This document shows positions 9,919-19,581 of a stretch of DNA of 64,000 bases, piece after piece (positions within the stretch are counted from its first letter, which is position 1; each line of letters starts with the position of its first letter). Source of the DNA: an uncultured bacterium (GTDB taxonomy: Bacteria > Nitrospirota > JACRHL01); contig CBDUXI010000001.1 of assembly GCA_965371175.1 (NCBI GenBank), positions 26,336-90,335 on the forward strand, given 5' to 3'. The position numbers and the translations under genes were made by a program. The notes beneath the pieces were generated by a model. It saw only the letters and a list, made by a program, of their open reading frames with translations, was not told the origin of the DNA and did not search any database.

Positions 9919-11373
9919 CTACGGATCGATGCCCACGAACAGGGTCTGGCCCCGGCGGGAAATCAATAACAGAATTTTGTCGCCCGCCTTGATGGTGCGG
10001 GCAATCCGGCGGTAGTCCGCAAGGTTCTGGATCTCCTCCCGGTGTATTTCGATAATGACGTCACCAGGGGTCAGGCCCGCGCGGGAGGCGGTGCTGCCCA
10101 GCTTGATATCGAGAATCACCACCCCTTGGGTGTTGGGTTCCAGCTGGAACCGGGTGCTTGTTTCCGCATCAATCGTGCCGACGGAAAGGCCGGAGAGGGC
10201 GTTGTCATAGGTATCTTCCGGCACCTCATCTCCGCGGCTGCCCAGTACCGTGGGGTCTTCCGGCAGTTCACCCAGGGTGACGGTGACAGTGATGTTTTTT
10301 CCATCCCGCTGCAGGCGCACCCTTACCTTGGAACCCACCTCGGTGGACGCGACCAGCAGTCTGAGCTGACTGAGTTTTTCAATCGGCTGGCCGTTCAGGT
10401 CGAGGATTACATCCCCCCGGCGCAGCCCCGATTTTTCTGCCGGACTGTCTTCAATCACGTCGGTGACCAGTGCGCCGGAGGGGGATTTGAGGCCAAACTG
10501 GGCGGCAAGCTCGGGGGTGATTTCCTGAATGGATACCCCCAGCCAGCCGCGCACCACGCGCCCTGTTTTCACCAGGCTGTCCATCACCTGTCGGGCCAGA
10601 TCGGAGGGAATGGCAAAGCCGATGCCCTCATAGCCGCCGCTCTGGGTAAAGATGGCGGTATTGATGCCGATCAATTCCCCACGGGTGTTAACCATGGCAC
10701 CGCCGGAGTTGCCCGGATTGATGGCGGCATCGGTCTGGATAAAGTCTTCATAGTCGGTAATGCCCACCCCCTGGCGTCCGACGCCGCTGATAATTCCCAT
10801 GGTCACGGTCTGTTTCAGGCCAAACGGGTTGCCCACCGCAAGCACCAGTTCGCCCGCCCGCAGGGAAGAGGAATCGCCGAACGGCACCCACGGCAGATTG
10901 GTTCCGTCGATGCGCAGCACGGCAAGGTCGGTCTTTTCATCCACGCCCACAACCGACGCCTTGAATGCCCTGCGGTCGGAAAGGGTCACGCTGATATGGT
11001 CGGCTCCGTTTACCACGTGGGCGTTGGTGACGATCAAGCCGTCGCTTGAGACCAGTACGCCGGAGCCCAGACCCTGCTCCTCCCGGTCCCGCTGGCGCGG
11101 CATACGGTCGCCAAAAAACCAGCGAAAGTACGGGTCCGAGAAGAACGGACCGCCATCCCGGCCCTGCACCACCCGGGTGGTGGAAACCCCCACCACGGCG
11201 GGGGTGATTTTTTCGGCAATCTGAACAAACGTTTCCGAAATGGCGATCAGTTGCGATGTATCGACCTTTGCTTTGGACTCCCGGGCCTGGGTGGTTCCCG
11301 TGTAAAGCAGGCCCGCGGCGACAGATGCCAGAAGTACAAGAAAAACGATGGGAAAAAGGCGTTTGGCGTTCAA
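9919..11373 (-). CDS. degQ: DegQ/HtrA (Do) periplasmic serine protease with two PDZ domains
   Basis: GSGVLVS, TNAHVV, IQTDAAINPGNSGG and two PDZ domains. Probable TTG start at 11373 after a GGAG RBS. Confidence 0.9.
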   Translation of the reverse strand: MNAKRLFPIVFLVLLASVAAGLLYTGTTQARESKAKVDTSQLIAISETFVQIAEKITPAVVGVSTTRVVQGRDGGPFFSDPYFRWFFGDRMPRQRDREEQGLGSGVLVSSDGLIVTNAHVVNGADHISVTLSDRRAFKASVVGVDEKTDLAVLRIDGTNLPWVPFGDSSSLRAGELVLAVGNPFGLKQTVTMGIISGVGRQGVGITDYEDFIQTDAAINPGNSGGAMVNTRGELIGINTAIFTQSGGYEGIGFAIPSDLARQVMDSLVKTGRVVRGWLGVSIQEITPELAAQFGLKSPSGALVTDVIEDSPAEKSGLRRGDVILDLNGQPIEKLSQLRLLVASTEVGSKVRVRLQRDGKNITVTVTLGELPEDPTVLGSRGDEVPEDTYDNALSGLSVGTIDAETSTRFQLEPNTQGVVILDIKLGSTASRAGLTPGDVIIEIHREEIQNLADYRRIARTIKAGDKILLLISRRGQTLFVGIDP

Positions 11374-12113
11374 GACGGTTTCGGCTCCATGTGATTTGCT
11401 GGGTGGGTTTGGATAGTCTGCGAAATCATACCACCATTGGCGGATATAGTTTCCGGCGGATTTGTCTGTGCGGGTGCTGTGTTCCCGGAGAGCCTTTGCC
11501 ATGTGCCCACCCAGGACGACGTAGGCAGGTTGATCCCTCCCACGGCCACGCCGCCGTCCGGGTAACAGGCCAGCAGACTGCCGTGCCCCGGCCATATTTC
11601 CATCCGCAAGGCGTTCGCAAGCCCTGCCCCCAGATGATGTGCCAGCACGGCCCGTATGGACCCGCCGTGGGCCACCACGGCGACGGTCTTGCCTGCGTGG
11701 CAAGCTGTCAGCCGCTCCATGGCGGCCAGGACGCGATCTGTCAGTTCACGGGCGGTTTCACCGCCGGGTGGGGCAAAATCCGGGTCGTTCCACAAGCGGG
11801 CCAGGGCATTTGGGTGCTGTGTGTTCAGGTGTGCGGGGAGGGCGCCTTCCCACGCTCCGAAATGCCGTTCGCGCAGCCCCACGTCCACGGTTTGCGAAAG
11901 CCTGTGCGGAGCGGCAATGGTGCGGGCGGTTTGCTTGCTGCGGGTCAGGTCACTGGTATAGATGGCGTGCAGCGGCACATCGGCCAGCGCGGTGGCTGCA
12001 CAGGCCGCCTCGGTTTCGCCTTGCGGGCTAAGGGGGAGGTCCGTGTGGCCGCACAACCGACCGTCAGCGGCCACATGGCCGTGGCGGATCAGAAAGAGAA
12101 ATACCGGTGCCAA
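11370..12113 (-). CDS. Histidine phosphatase family protein (CobC/phosphoglycerate mutase-like)
   Basis: LIRHG, SDLTRS, LRERHFGAWEG, VAHGG. Confidence 0.8.
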   Translation of the reverse strand: MAPVFLFLIRHGHVAADGRLCGHTDLPLSPQGETEAACAATALADVPLHAIYTSDLTRSKQTARTIAAPHRLSQTVDVGLRERHFGAWEGALPAHLNTQHPNALARLWNDPDFAPPGGETARELTDRVLAAMERLTACHAGKTVAVVAHGGSIRAVLAHHLGAGLANALRMEIWPGHGSLLACYPDGGVAVGGINLPTSSWVGTWQRLSGNTAPAQTNPPETISANGGMISQTIQTHPANHMEPKPS

Positions 12114-12135
12114 GGGGTCGGGGCCGGGGCGACGG

Positions 12136-13530
12136 CTACCCCCCCGCTGTCATGACCGAGGGGGAGGTGTTCCGGTTGATGATGCGCCACCCTTTCAGAA
12201 TGTCCACAGCCGTTTGCAGCTGGTTGTCCCTGAGGTAGGCTTCTTCTTCATCGGTCAGGTTGATCCCGTCTTCTTCGGCGGATTTTCCCTCGCCGTCCTG
12301 TCCGATGATGGGTGATTTTTTGTCGCCCTTCCGGTGCAGGGAGTGCTTGTCGGCGGTATCTCCCTGCCTGGCGGCGTCTGGATCCTTGTCGTGCAGGAAG
12401 CGCAGTTTGCGATCGCGGGAGACTTCATAGTCCGGGTCGAGCTGGACCACGATGTCCGGCGTGATGCCGGTGTTCTGGATGGAGCGACCGGACGGGGTGT
12501 AGTACTTGGCCGTGGTCAACCGCAGTCCCGAACTGTCCGACAGCGGCAGGATGGTCTGTACCGACCCCTTGCCAAAGGTGGTCATGCCGATGATGGCGGC
12601 GCGACCAAGGTCTTGCAGGGCACCGGAAACAATTTCCGAGGCGGAGGCGCTGCCTTCATTGACCAGCACCACCATGGGGAAGTCGTTGTCGTCCGGCGCG
12701 TGGGAGAAATATTCTTCCCGCTGGCCGTCGCGCCCCTGGATGTAGACCACCAACTGGTCGTCTTCGAGGAACTGCTCGGACACCTCAACGGCAGAGGTGA
12801 GCAGTCCGCCCGGGTTGTTTCTGAGATCGAGAACCAGATATTCCATGCCGTTGTCGGCGAGGGTGGCCACGTGTCTCTTGAGGTCCGGACCGGACTGGGA
12901 CTGGAACTGGGTGATGCGTACGTAGCCGATGCCCGGCTCCAGCATGCGCGAGCGGACGCTCTGGATTTTGATGATATCGCGCGTGATGGTAATGTCGAGC
13001 GGCTCTTCCTCGCCTTCCCGGATGATGGTGATCAGCACGTCGGTGCCTTTTTTGCCGCGCATCCGGTCCACTGCGTCCATGATAGTCATTTCTGCAGTGG
13101 GTTCGCCGTTTACCTTGATGATGTGGTCACCCGACTTGATGCCAGCCCGGAATGCGGGGGTGTCTTCGATGGGGGAGATGACCACCAGTTTGCGGTCGCG
13201 CACGCTGATCTGGATACCCAGCCCGCCAAATTCGCCTTTGGTGTCCACCTTCAGGTCTTCGTACGATTCCCGGGCCATGTAGCTGGAGTGGGGGTCCAGG
13301 GTGCCCACCATGCCGCGGATCGCGCCTGCGATCAACTCGTCGGCGTCCACGTTTTCCACATATTTATTTTGAATATAGGCCAGCACTTCGGTGAATACCC
13401 GGATCTCGTCAAAGGTATTGCCCTGGGCCATGACCCGGTTGTCCATGCTGTAGCCAACCAGACTGCCGATTAAAAAGGCTGCGAGGATGAACGGGGCAAG
13501 CAGTGCCGTGCGTTTTTTTTGATCTGTCAT
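12136..13530 (-). CDS. ctpA: Carboxyl-terminal processing protease (S41)
   Basis: LDPHSSY, a PDZ domain, DLRNNPGGLL, GSASASEIVSGALQD, TFGKGSVQ. Confidence 0.93.
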   Translation of the reverse strand: MTDQKKRTALLAPFILAAFLIGSLVGYSMDNRVMAQGNTFDEIRVFTEVLAYIQNKYVENVDADELIAGAIRGMVGTLDPHSSYMARESYEDLKVDTKGEFGGLGIQISVRDRKLVVISPIEDTPAFRAGIKSGDHIIKVNGEPTAEMTIMDAVDRMRGKKGTDVLITIIREGEEEPLDITITRDIIKIQSVRSRMLEPGIGYVRITQFQSQSGPDLKRHVATLADNGMEYLVLDLRNNPGGLLTSAVEVSEQFLEDDQLVVYIQGRDGQREEYFSHAPDDNDFPMVVLVNEGSASASEIVSGALQDLGRAAIIGMTTFGKGSVQTILPLSDSSGLRLTTAKYYTPSGRSIQNTGITPDIVVQLDPDYEVSRDRKLRFLHDKDPDAARQGDTADKHSLHRKGDKKSPIIGQDGEGKSAEEDGINLTDEEEAYLRDNQLQTAVDILKGWRIINRNTSPSVMTAGG

Positions 13531-13616
13531 AAATTTGCCATTCAGAGGTATTCAATTTCCCGCAGCAAGGCGGGCCAAAGTAGTAAACAAGGTATCCGCT
13601 TCAGTCTATCAGAAAA

Positions 13617-13871
13617 TCATTTTTTCTCATTAAGGCGTCCGCGATTTACCGCCATCACCATGATCGAGTGCTGTTTTTTGGCCTGTTCGTGCACTCGGTC
13701 TTCCCAATTGGCGTCGGATTTCCACTCCGCGTAGGGGAAGGCATAGGTATGCACGATCTGCCCGTCCACAAAGACCTGGGTGACCACCGATTCGCGGGCG
13801 GGCACGTCCTCGGTCTGCACGTGAAACCATTTTCCTTCGTGTTTGACGTTTTGATTCAGTCCAATCTGCAC
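13617..13871 (-). CDS. Conserved small hypothetical protein
   Basis: GLNQNVKHEGKWFHVQTED...TQVFVDGQIV resembles an uncharacterised family. Fits the operon spacing. Confidence 0.7.
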   Translation of the reverse strand: MQIGLNQNVKHEGKWFHVQTEDVPARESVVTQVFVDGQIVHTYAFPYAEWKSDANWEDRVHEQAKKQHSIMVMAVNRGRLNEKK

Positions 13872-13874
13872 GGT

Positions 13875-14264
13875 CTAGCTCGACTCCATGTGGAAGGCGT
13901 TGGGAATGTGCGTTACTTGGTACGGTCTGGTGCCGGCATCCACCAGCACCACGTCGAATCGGCACGCCACTTCCCCATACAGTCCATTGGCCATAAGGTA
14001 ATGAGAGGCTACTTTTGCCACTTGCTCCTGCTTGGATCTGGGTATTGCGGCCGCAGCCCCCCCAAAGCGGTTGCTGCTGCGTGCCTTGACCTCGACGAAC
14101 ACCCAATCATCACGATCTTTGCAGATAATATCAACCTCTCCCCGCAGGGCTCGGTAATTTCTTGAAACGATGTCGAACCCTTTCCGTTTCAAATGGTTGC
14201 ATGCCAGTGTCTCGGCACTTTTACCCAGTTCCTGGCGATCCGTCGGGGGCGTGCTTTTTCTCAT
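13875..14264 (-). CDS. yraN: YraN family (UPF0102) nuclease-fold protein
   Basis: LGKSAE, RNYR..GEVDII, VFVEVKAR, CRFDVV. ATGA overlap with rnhB. Confidence 0.9.
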   Translation of the reverse strand: MRKSTPPTDRQELGKSAETLACNHLKRKGFDIVSRNYRALRGEVDIICKDRDDWVFVEVKARSSNRFGGAAAAIPRSKQEQVAKVASHYLMANGLYGEVACRFDVVLVDAGTRPYQVTHIPNAFHMESS

Positions 14265-14875
14265 ACGGCCCGCCTGACCACCCCGGAGAAGGTGCGGCGG
14301 TGGATTTCGCATGGTCCCAACTGGCGTAGCGCCTCCTTGTGCGCCCGGGTGGGATACCCCTTGTGGCCCGCAAACCCGTAACCGGGAAACAGGCCGTCGT
14401 AGTGAACCATCAACCGGTCCCGGGTGACCTTGGCGACGATGGAGGCGGCAGCAATGCTGGCGCTTCTGGCATCGCCCTTGATGATGCCGTCCTGCGGAAT
14501 GGGCAGTCCTTTAAGGGTGAGGGCGTCAATCAGCAGGTAATCCGGCTGAATGTGCTCACCTGCCACGGGCAGCCCCTCCACTGCATGGGTCATCGCTTGT
14601 ATGGTGGCTTGCAGGATATTGATCCGGTCGATCTGTTCCGGACCGACAATGCCGACCCCCACCGCGATGGCGCGAGACTGGATCTCTCCAAAAAGCCGTT
14701 CACGTACTTTTTCGGAAAGTTGCTTGGAGTCGTTAAGGCCAATGATTGGATCTTTTGGGTCCAGCATCACGGCGGCGGCCACCACGGGTCCTGCCAGAGG
14801 CCCCCGACCCGCCTCGTCGATGCCTGCAATCTGACTGGCCCCGCGCTTTTTTGCGCGGGTCTCGTAGTACCACAT
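14261..14875 (-). CDS. rnhB: Ribonuclease HII
   Basis: AGIDEAGRGPLAGPV, NDSKQL, SIAAASIVAKVTRD, HKGYPT. Start approximate. Confidence 0.95.
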   Translation of the reverse strand: MWYYETRAKKRGASQIAGIDEAGRGPLAGPVVAAAVMLDPKDPIIGLNDSKQLSEKVRERLFGEIQSRAIAVGVGIVGPEQIDRINILQATIQAMTHAVEGLPVAGEHIQPDYLLIDALTLKGLPIPQDGIIKGDARSASIAAASIVAKVTRDRLMVHYDGLFPGYGFAGHKGYPTRAHKEALRQLGPCEIHRRTFSGVVRRAV

Positions 14876-14906
14876 GTCCGGAGCGGGTTGCACCGGACGG
14901 GGTCCG

Positions 14907-15536
14907 TCAGTCTTTGTCCTTGGGGGTCTCGTCCGGCGTGTCGCTTGCCGTCTCGGCGGGGGTGTCCCCGGAATCCTCTTCCTTGGCCGCTTCTTCCGGG
15001 GCCGCATCGGCAGCAGTCTCTTCCACGGCTTCGGGCGCGGTGGCCGTATCCTCCGGGGCTTCCTCTACCTGCGTCTCTGCGGCTTCCGCCTTCTCATCGG
15101 CTTTTGCAGCCTTGGCGGCTGTGGCGGCTTCTTCCGCCGCCAGGGCTTCGTCAGCGGCCTTCTGAATATCGGCAGCCGTCTGCTTGCCGCGCATATCGCG
15201 CTCGGCGATGCGGGCGGCCTTACCGCGACGGGTTCGCAGGTAGTACAGCTTGGCGCGGCGTACACGGCCGCTACGGACAACCTCAATGCGCTCCACCTTG
15301 GGGGAGTTCAGCGGGAAGACGCGCTCCACCCCGGTGTTGTAGGAGACTTTGCGGACCGTGAATGTCTCACGGCTGGAACCGCCACTGCGGGCGATGACCA
15401 GCCCTTCAAAGACCTGGATACGTTCCTTGCCACCTTCGACCACCTTCACATGCACACGCACGGTGTCGCCGATGGTAAATACAGTGCGCCCGCCTTTTGC
15501 CGCAAGCGATTTTTCGATCCGCTGAAGCCGATTCAT
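14907..15536 (-). CDS. rplS: 50S ribosomal protein L19 with a long acidic C-terminal tail
   Basis: [23 protein letters not shown]...[20 protein letters not shown]. Confidence 0.96.
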   Translation of the reverse strand: MNRLQRIEKSLAAKGGRTVFTIGDTVRVHVKVVEGGKERIQVFEGLVIARSGGSSRETFTVRKVSYNTGVERVFPLNSPKVERIEVVRSGRVRRAKLYYLRTRRGKAARIAERDMRGKQTAADIQKAADEALAAEEAATAAKAAKADEKAEAAETQVEEAPEDTATAPEAVEETAADAAPEEAAKEEDSGDTPAETASDTPDETPKDKD

Positions 15537-15636
15537 CGACCCTCTCCTTAAAAACACGAAGAACTGGAAGCCGTACATTCTGACTGAAAAGCGGCTGTGG
15601 ATCAACAGCTTTCTACGGGGATTTCCATATTTAACT

Positions 15637-15852
15637 GCATGTCCCCGGATCCACTCAAACCCCTTCGGTGATCACCTCACGATGATCCGGAAGTCGATCT
15701 AAGTTTGACCCGGTGCCCCCGGCCCACTCAACTACCCTCGGTCATCGCCCCACCATCACGGCCCGGAAGGCGATCCAGCTTGACCGTATTCCCCTGGTTT
15801 GCTAATTGCCCTCGGCCATCGCCTCACCATCACGGCCCAGAAGGCGATCCAG
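15637..15852 (-). repeat. Three degenerate ~74-bp tandem copies including the 3' end of the SPOUT methyltransferase gene
   Basis: Cores at 15809-15852 and 15735-15778 match at 41/44 positions. A more decayed copy lies at about 15662-15703. Confidence 0.9.
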
Positions 15853-16392
15853 AATGATCGCCACGGCGCTTCTTACCGACAGGTGGTTGTATTCTCCCGG
15901 CCCGTGGATGGGTGGCAGCAGCATGTCGGCGGCAACAAGGGCTTCATCCGGCAGTCCCCAGGCGGTGCCGAAGGCCAGCATAATCGGTGTGTCGCCTGTG
16001 GTAATCGTGCCTTTCAGGCCGGAGAAGCTGACCGGGTGGGCGTTTTCCGGCGTGCGTGCGGAAGTGGCCACCAGCAGGGGTCGGGATCCTTCACGTGTTG
16101 CTACCTCGTCCATGGCCAACTCCAGGGTGTCCACCACATTCACGGCGGCAAGGGCCACCTTGCGGTTCGGGTTGTACGCGGCACCGAAGCCGCCTTCCCA
16201 ATGGTCCGTCATGCGCCGCACCAGCCCCTGCTGGGTGGCCAGCGGGGTGACGATAAAATAACCGGAGATGCCATAGGTGGTGGAAGCCCGGGCGATGTCG
16301 TGTACGTTCAGGCCGGTAATGGCCGTGGTAATCAGGTCGCCGCGCCGGTTGAGCACGGGGCCGTGGATCAATGCAACGTAGACGGGAGCCAT
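15802..16392 (-). CDS. SPOUT-class RNA methyltransferase (TrmD-associated, DUF2168-like)
   Basis: VYVALIHGPV, HDIARASTTY, FGTAWGL, YNHLSVRSAVAIILDRL. Confidence 0.85.
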   Translation of the reverse strand: MAPVYVALIHGPVLNRRGDLITTAITGLNVHDIARASTTYGISGYFIVTPLATQQGLVRRMTDHWEGGFGAAYNPNRKVALAAVNVVDTLELAMDEVATREGSRPLLVATSARTPENAHPVSFSGLKGTITTGDTPIMLAFGTAWGLPDEALVAADMLLPPIHGPGEYNHLSVRSAVAIILDRLLGRDGEAMAEGN

Positions 16393-16415
16393 TTAAAAAG
16401 GTGTGGCAGCTTCGC

Positions 16416-17132
16416 TCAGCTGCTGTGTTCCGCGTCTTTTTTCAGCAGGTCCGGGCGTTTTTCCCGGGTGGCGCGGGCGGCCTGTTCCTTGCGCCAGCGG
16501 ACGATTTCCCGGTGGTTGCCACCGGTCAGCACTTCCGGCACCGGCATGCCGTTGAACAGGGCCGGGCGGGTGTACTGGGGGTGTTTTAAAATGCCGTCCG
16601 CGCCTGCGGAAAAGGTGTCCGATGCCGCCGAAAGATCATCTCCCAGCACGCCGGGAATCAGCCTGACGGCGGCATCCAGCATGATCAGGGCGGGCAGTTC
16701 GCCGCCGGTCAACACGTAGTCTCCCAGAGAAACTTCCTCAAACCCCAGCCCTTCGCGCACCCGCTCGTCGATGCCCTCGTAGTGGCCGCACAAAATGATC
16801 AGGGTGCGGGTTTCTGCGGCCAGTTCATGCGCCATGGCCTGATCGAATCTGCGCCCCTGCGGCGAAGTCATAATCAGGCGGCACGGGCCGTCGCTGTGTG
16901 CGTGGGCCTCGGCCACTGCGGCATATACCGGTTCCGGCTTCAGCACCATGCCGGGGCCGCCGCCGTACGGCTCGTCGTCCACCTTGCGGTAGCGTCCCAG
17001 GCCGTGGGCGCGCAGATCGGTCACCCGGGTGTGCAGGCGCCCTGCGGCGCGGGCGCGGCCCAGAATGCTGGCGTTCAGCACGGTTTCCATCATTTCGGGA
17101 AACAGGGTGATGATGTCTGCTTTTAACGTCAC
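16416..17132 (-). CDS. trmD: tRNA (guanine-N1)-methyltransferase
   Basis: VDDEPYGGGPGMV, CGHYEGIDER, GDYVLTGGE. Confidence 0.97.
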   Translation of the reverse strand: MTLKADIITLFPEMMETVLNASILGRARAAGRLHTRVTDLRAHGLGRYRKVDDEPYGGGPGMVLKPEPVYAAVAEAHAHSDGPCRLIMTSPQGRRFDQAMAHELAAETRTLIILCGHYEGIDERVREGLGFEEVSLGDYVLTGGELPALIMLDAAVRLIPGVLGDDLSAASDTFSAGADGILKHPQYTRPALFNGMPVPEVLTGGNHREIVRWRKEQAARATREKRPDLLKKDAEHSS

Positions 17133-17135
17133 GGC

Positions 17136-17678
17136 TTACGCATCGCTTTTTTTGTCCGGCATCAGGCCGGGAATCGGCTGGATTGTCATGCGGCCCGCTT
17201 CGATGTTGATATCGAGAATAAACGCGGGCACGGCGGGCACCAGAAATTTTTGCCCGTCGGCCATGGTGACCTCGTAATTGTCGTGGGCGCCGCTGCTGGA
17301 AATGGCGGTCAACTCGCCCAGGGGGGCACCGTGTTCATCGGTGACCGCAAGACCAAGCAACTGATGGTGGTACCAGGTGCCGTTATCCAGTTCCGGAGAA
17401 GAGGCGGCCTCGCCCCACAGTTCACCGCCGTTCAACTGCGCTGCACTCTCCCGGTCGGAGATGTCGCCAAAGGTGACATACGCCTTCACGCCCTTGCCCC
17501 GGCTGGCGGTAATGGTCAGGGGGCGGTCATCGTGCCCCGGCCTGCGCCACACAACAGACAGCCTTTTGGTAAATCGCCCCGGCTCTCCCGAAAGCGGTTC
17601 TACAGACACCTCGCCCCGCACGCCGTGGGCGCGCAACCGGTGACCAATCAGAACCAGTTCGCCTGCGCCTTGCGTCAT
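17136..17678 (-). CDS. rimM: 16S rRNA processing protein RimM
   Basis: AHGVRGEV, WYHHQLLGL. Sits between rpsP and trmD. Confidence 0.92.
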   Translation of the reverse strand: MTQGAGELVLIGHRLRAHGVRGEVSVEPLSGEPGRFTKRLSVVWRRPGHDDRPLTITASRGKGVKAYVTFGDISDRESAAQLNGGELWGEAASSPELDNGTWYHHQLLGLAVTDEHGAPLGELTAISSSGAHDNYEVTMADGQKFLVPAVPAFILDINIEAGRMTIQPIPGLMPDKKSDA

Positions 17679-17718
17679 GACACAGCCGTTCGGCAGACGC
17701 GGCACATCAAGGCGTGTG

Positions 17719-17967
17719 CTACGCCTTGGCGGCGGCAGCCCGCTTGATCAGGTCGCGCACGGCAGGGGAGATGGTGGCGCCCTTGGCGACCCAGTTTTCA
17801 ATCAGGTCGGATTTCAGGTTCACGCCGCCCTCTGTGGCCAGCGGATCGTAGGTGCCCAGCACTTCCAGAAAACGCCCGTCGCGGGGCATGCGCTTGTCTG
17901 CCGCCACGACCCGGTAAAACGGCAGCTTGCGGCGGCCCTTGCGGGTCAATCGAATGGTTACAGCCAT
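17719..17967 (-). CDS. rpsP: 30S ribosomal protein S16
   Basis: MAVTIRLTRKG...PFYRVVAADKRMPRDGRFLEVLGTYDP. Confidence 0.97.
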   Translation of the reverse strand: MAVTIRLTRKGRRKLPFYRVVAADKRMPRDGRFLEVLGTYDPLATEGGVNLKSDLIENWVAKGATISPAVRDLIKRAAAAKA

Positions 17968-18017
17968 GAATACTCCTTCTTTTTCTTAACGTATATCGAC
18001 AATCAATCGTTACGCCG

Positions 18018-19352
18018 TTAAAACGGCAACATCTGTTTCATTTTGAAGCCCTTGCCGCCGGCACCGGCCATGGCCTTCATCATCTTGCGGCCCTTGATGA
18101 AGTTTTTGAGCAGCTTGTTCACATCCTGCACCGAGGTGCCGCTGCCCCGGGCAATCCGCTTGCGGCGGCTGCCGTTGATGATGGTGTGGTTGCGGCGCTC
18201 GCCCAGGGTCATCGAGCTGATGATGGCCTCCACCCGGCCGATCTCCTTGTCGGAAATCTGCGAGGTGGCCTTGGCCATCTTTCCGGCACCCGGAATCATG
18301 GCCAGGATGTCGGACAGCGACCCCATTTTTTTGATCTGTTTGAGCTGGTCGCGGAAATCTTCCAGGGTGAACTGGCTTTTCTTCAGCTTTTTGGCCAGCT
18401 TTTCCGCTTTCTCTCTCGAGACGGTGGTTTCGGCCTTTTCGATCAGGGAGAGCATGTCGCCCATGCCGAGAATACGTCCGGCCATACGGTCCGGGTGGAA
18501 CGGCTCCAGCGCATCCACTTTTTCGCCCACGCCGACGAACTTGACCGGACAGCCCGTCACCTCGCGCATGGACAGCACCGCGCCGCCCCGGGCGTCGCCT
18601 TCCAGCTTGGTGAGGACGATGCCGGTAAGGGTCAGGCTTTCGTGAAAGCGTTCGGCGATGCCCACCGCTTCCTGGCCGGTCATGGCGTCGGCCACCAGCA
18701 GGGTTTCGTGGGGGGAGATGGCCTTGTGCACGCGGGTCAGCTCGCCCATGAGCGACTCGTCCATGTGCAGGCGGCCGGCGGTATCGAACAGCACCACGTC
18801 GTACCGATTTTTTTGGGCGAACTCCAGCCCGGCTCTGGCGGCTTTTACCGGATCGCCACCGGCGGCTTCCGGGGCCAGCACCTTCACATCGATCTGTCCG
18901 CCCAGGGTTTCCAGCTGTTTGACTGCGGCGGGCCGTTGCAGATCGCAGGCGACCATCAGCACGCGCTTGCCGTCTTTACTTAATCTGCGGGCAAGCTTTG
19001 CGGTGGTGGTGGTTTTACCGGAGCCTTGCAGCCCCGCCATGAGAATGATGGTCAGGTCGTCGGCCACCAGGTTCAGGGCGGCGTTTGTTGCGCCCATCAT
19101 GCGGGCAAGCTCGTCTTTTACGACCTTGATGACCTGCTGACCGGGGGTGAGGCTCTTGAGTACGTCCTCGCCCAGGCACGCCTCTTTTACGGCGGCCACG
19201 AAGCGCTTGACCACGGCGAAGTTCACGTCCGCCTCCAGCAGGGCGAGTCGCACCTCCCGTAAGGCGTCGGTAATAATGGCTTCGGTCAGAACCCCGCGCC
19301 CCGTCAGGCGGCTGAAAATTCCGTCGAGTTTTTCAGACAGCGATGTCAGCAA
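18018..19352 (-). CDS. ffh: Signal recognition particle protein
   Basis: GLQGSGKTT, DTAGR, and an M domain (SRRKRIARGSG). TTG start. Confidence 0.97.
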   Translation of the reverse strand: MLTSLSEKLDGIFSRLTGRGVLTEAIITDALREVRLALLEADVNFAVVKRFVAAVKEACLGEDVLKSLTPGQQVIKVVKDELARMMGATNAALNLVADDLTIILMAGLQGSGKTTTTAKLARRLSKDGKRVLMVACDLQRPAAVKQLETLGGQIDVKVLAPEAAGGDPVKAARAGLEFAQKNRYDVVLFDTAGRLHMDESLMGELTRVHKAISPHETLLVADAMTGQEAVGIAERFHESLTLTGIVLTKLEGDARGGAVLSMREVTGCPVKFVGVGEKVDALEPFHPDRMAGRILGMGDMLSLIEKAETTVSREKAEKLAKKLKKSQFTLEDFRDQLKQIKKMGSLSDILAMIPGAGKMAKATSQISDKEIGRVEAIISSMTLGERRNHTIINGSRRKRIARGSGTSVQDVNKLLKNFIKGRKMMKAMAGAGGKGFKMKQMLPF

Positions 19353-19449
19353 ACCGGTACCCGGTACCCCGTAAAAAGCAAAAGCCCCCTTTCGCCACCG
19401 GGGGTGGCGTGGCGAAAAGGCACAAATCTCCCTTGAAGAGAAGCCCTAA

Positions 19450-19479
19450 AGTGTAAGAAACTATAGGGCGTGCGGTCAA
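19450..19479 (-). promoter_or_regulatory. Putative sigma70 promoter of the ffh operon
   Basis: TTGACC-18 nt-TACACT on the minus strand. Confidence 0.5.
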
Positions 19480-19581
19480 TGTAAACTATATATGGCAAGT
19501 GCACATGTAAGCAGACCGCTCACGTGACATCGGGAGCCACTTAAATCTGCGGCCCCGGCGGGAAAGGTTTTTTTGGACAAC

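Noticed and set aside
15637-15852. Tandem repeats as a CRISPR array or a DGR template/variable repeat pair
   Set aside because: The linkers are homologous rather than unique spacers, and there are no cas or reverse transcriptase genes. Differences are mixed substitutions, not adenine-specific.
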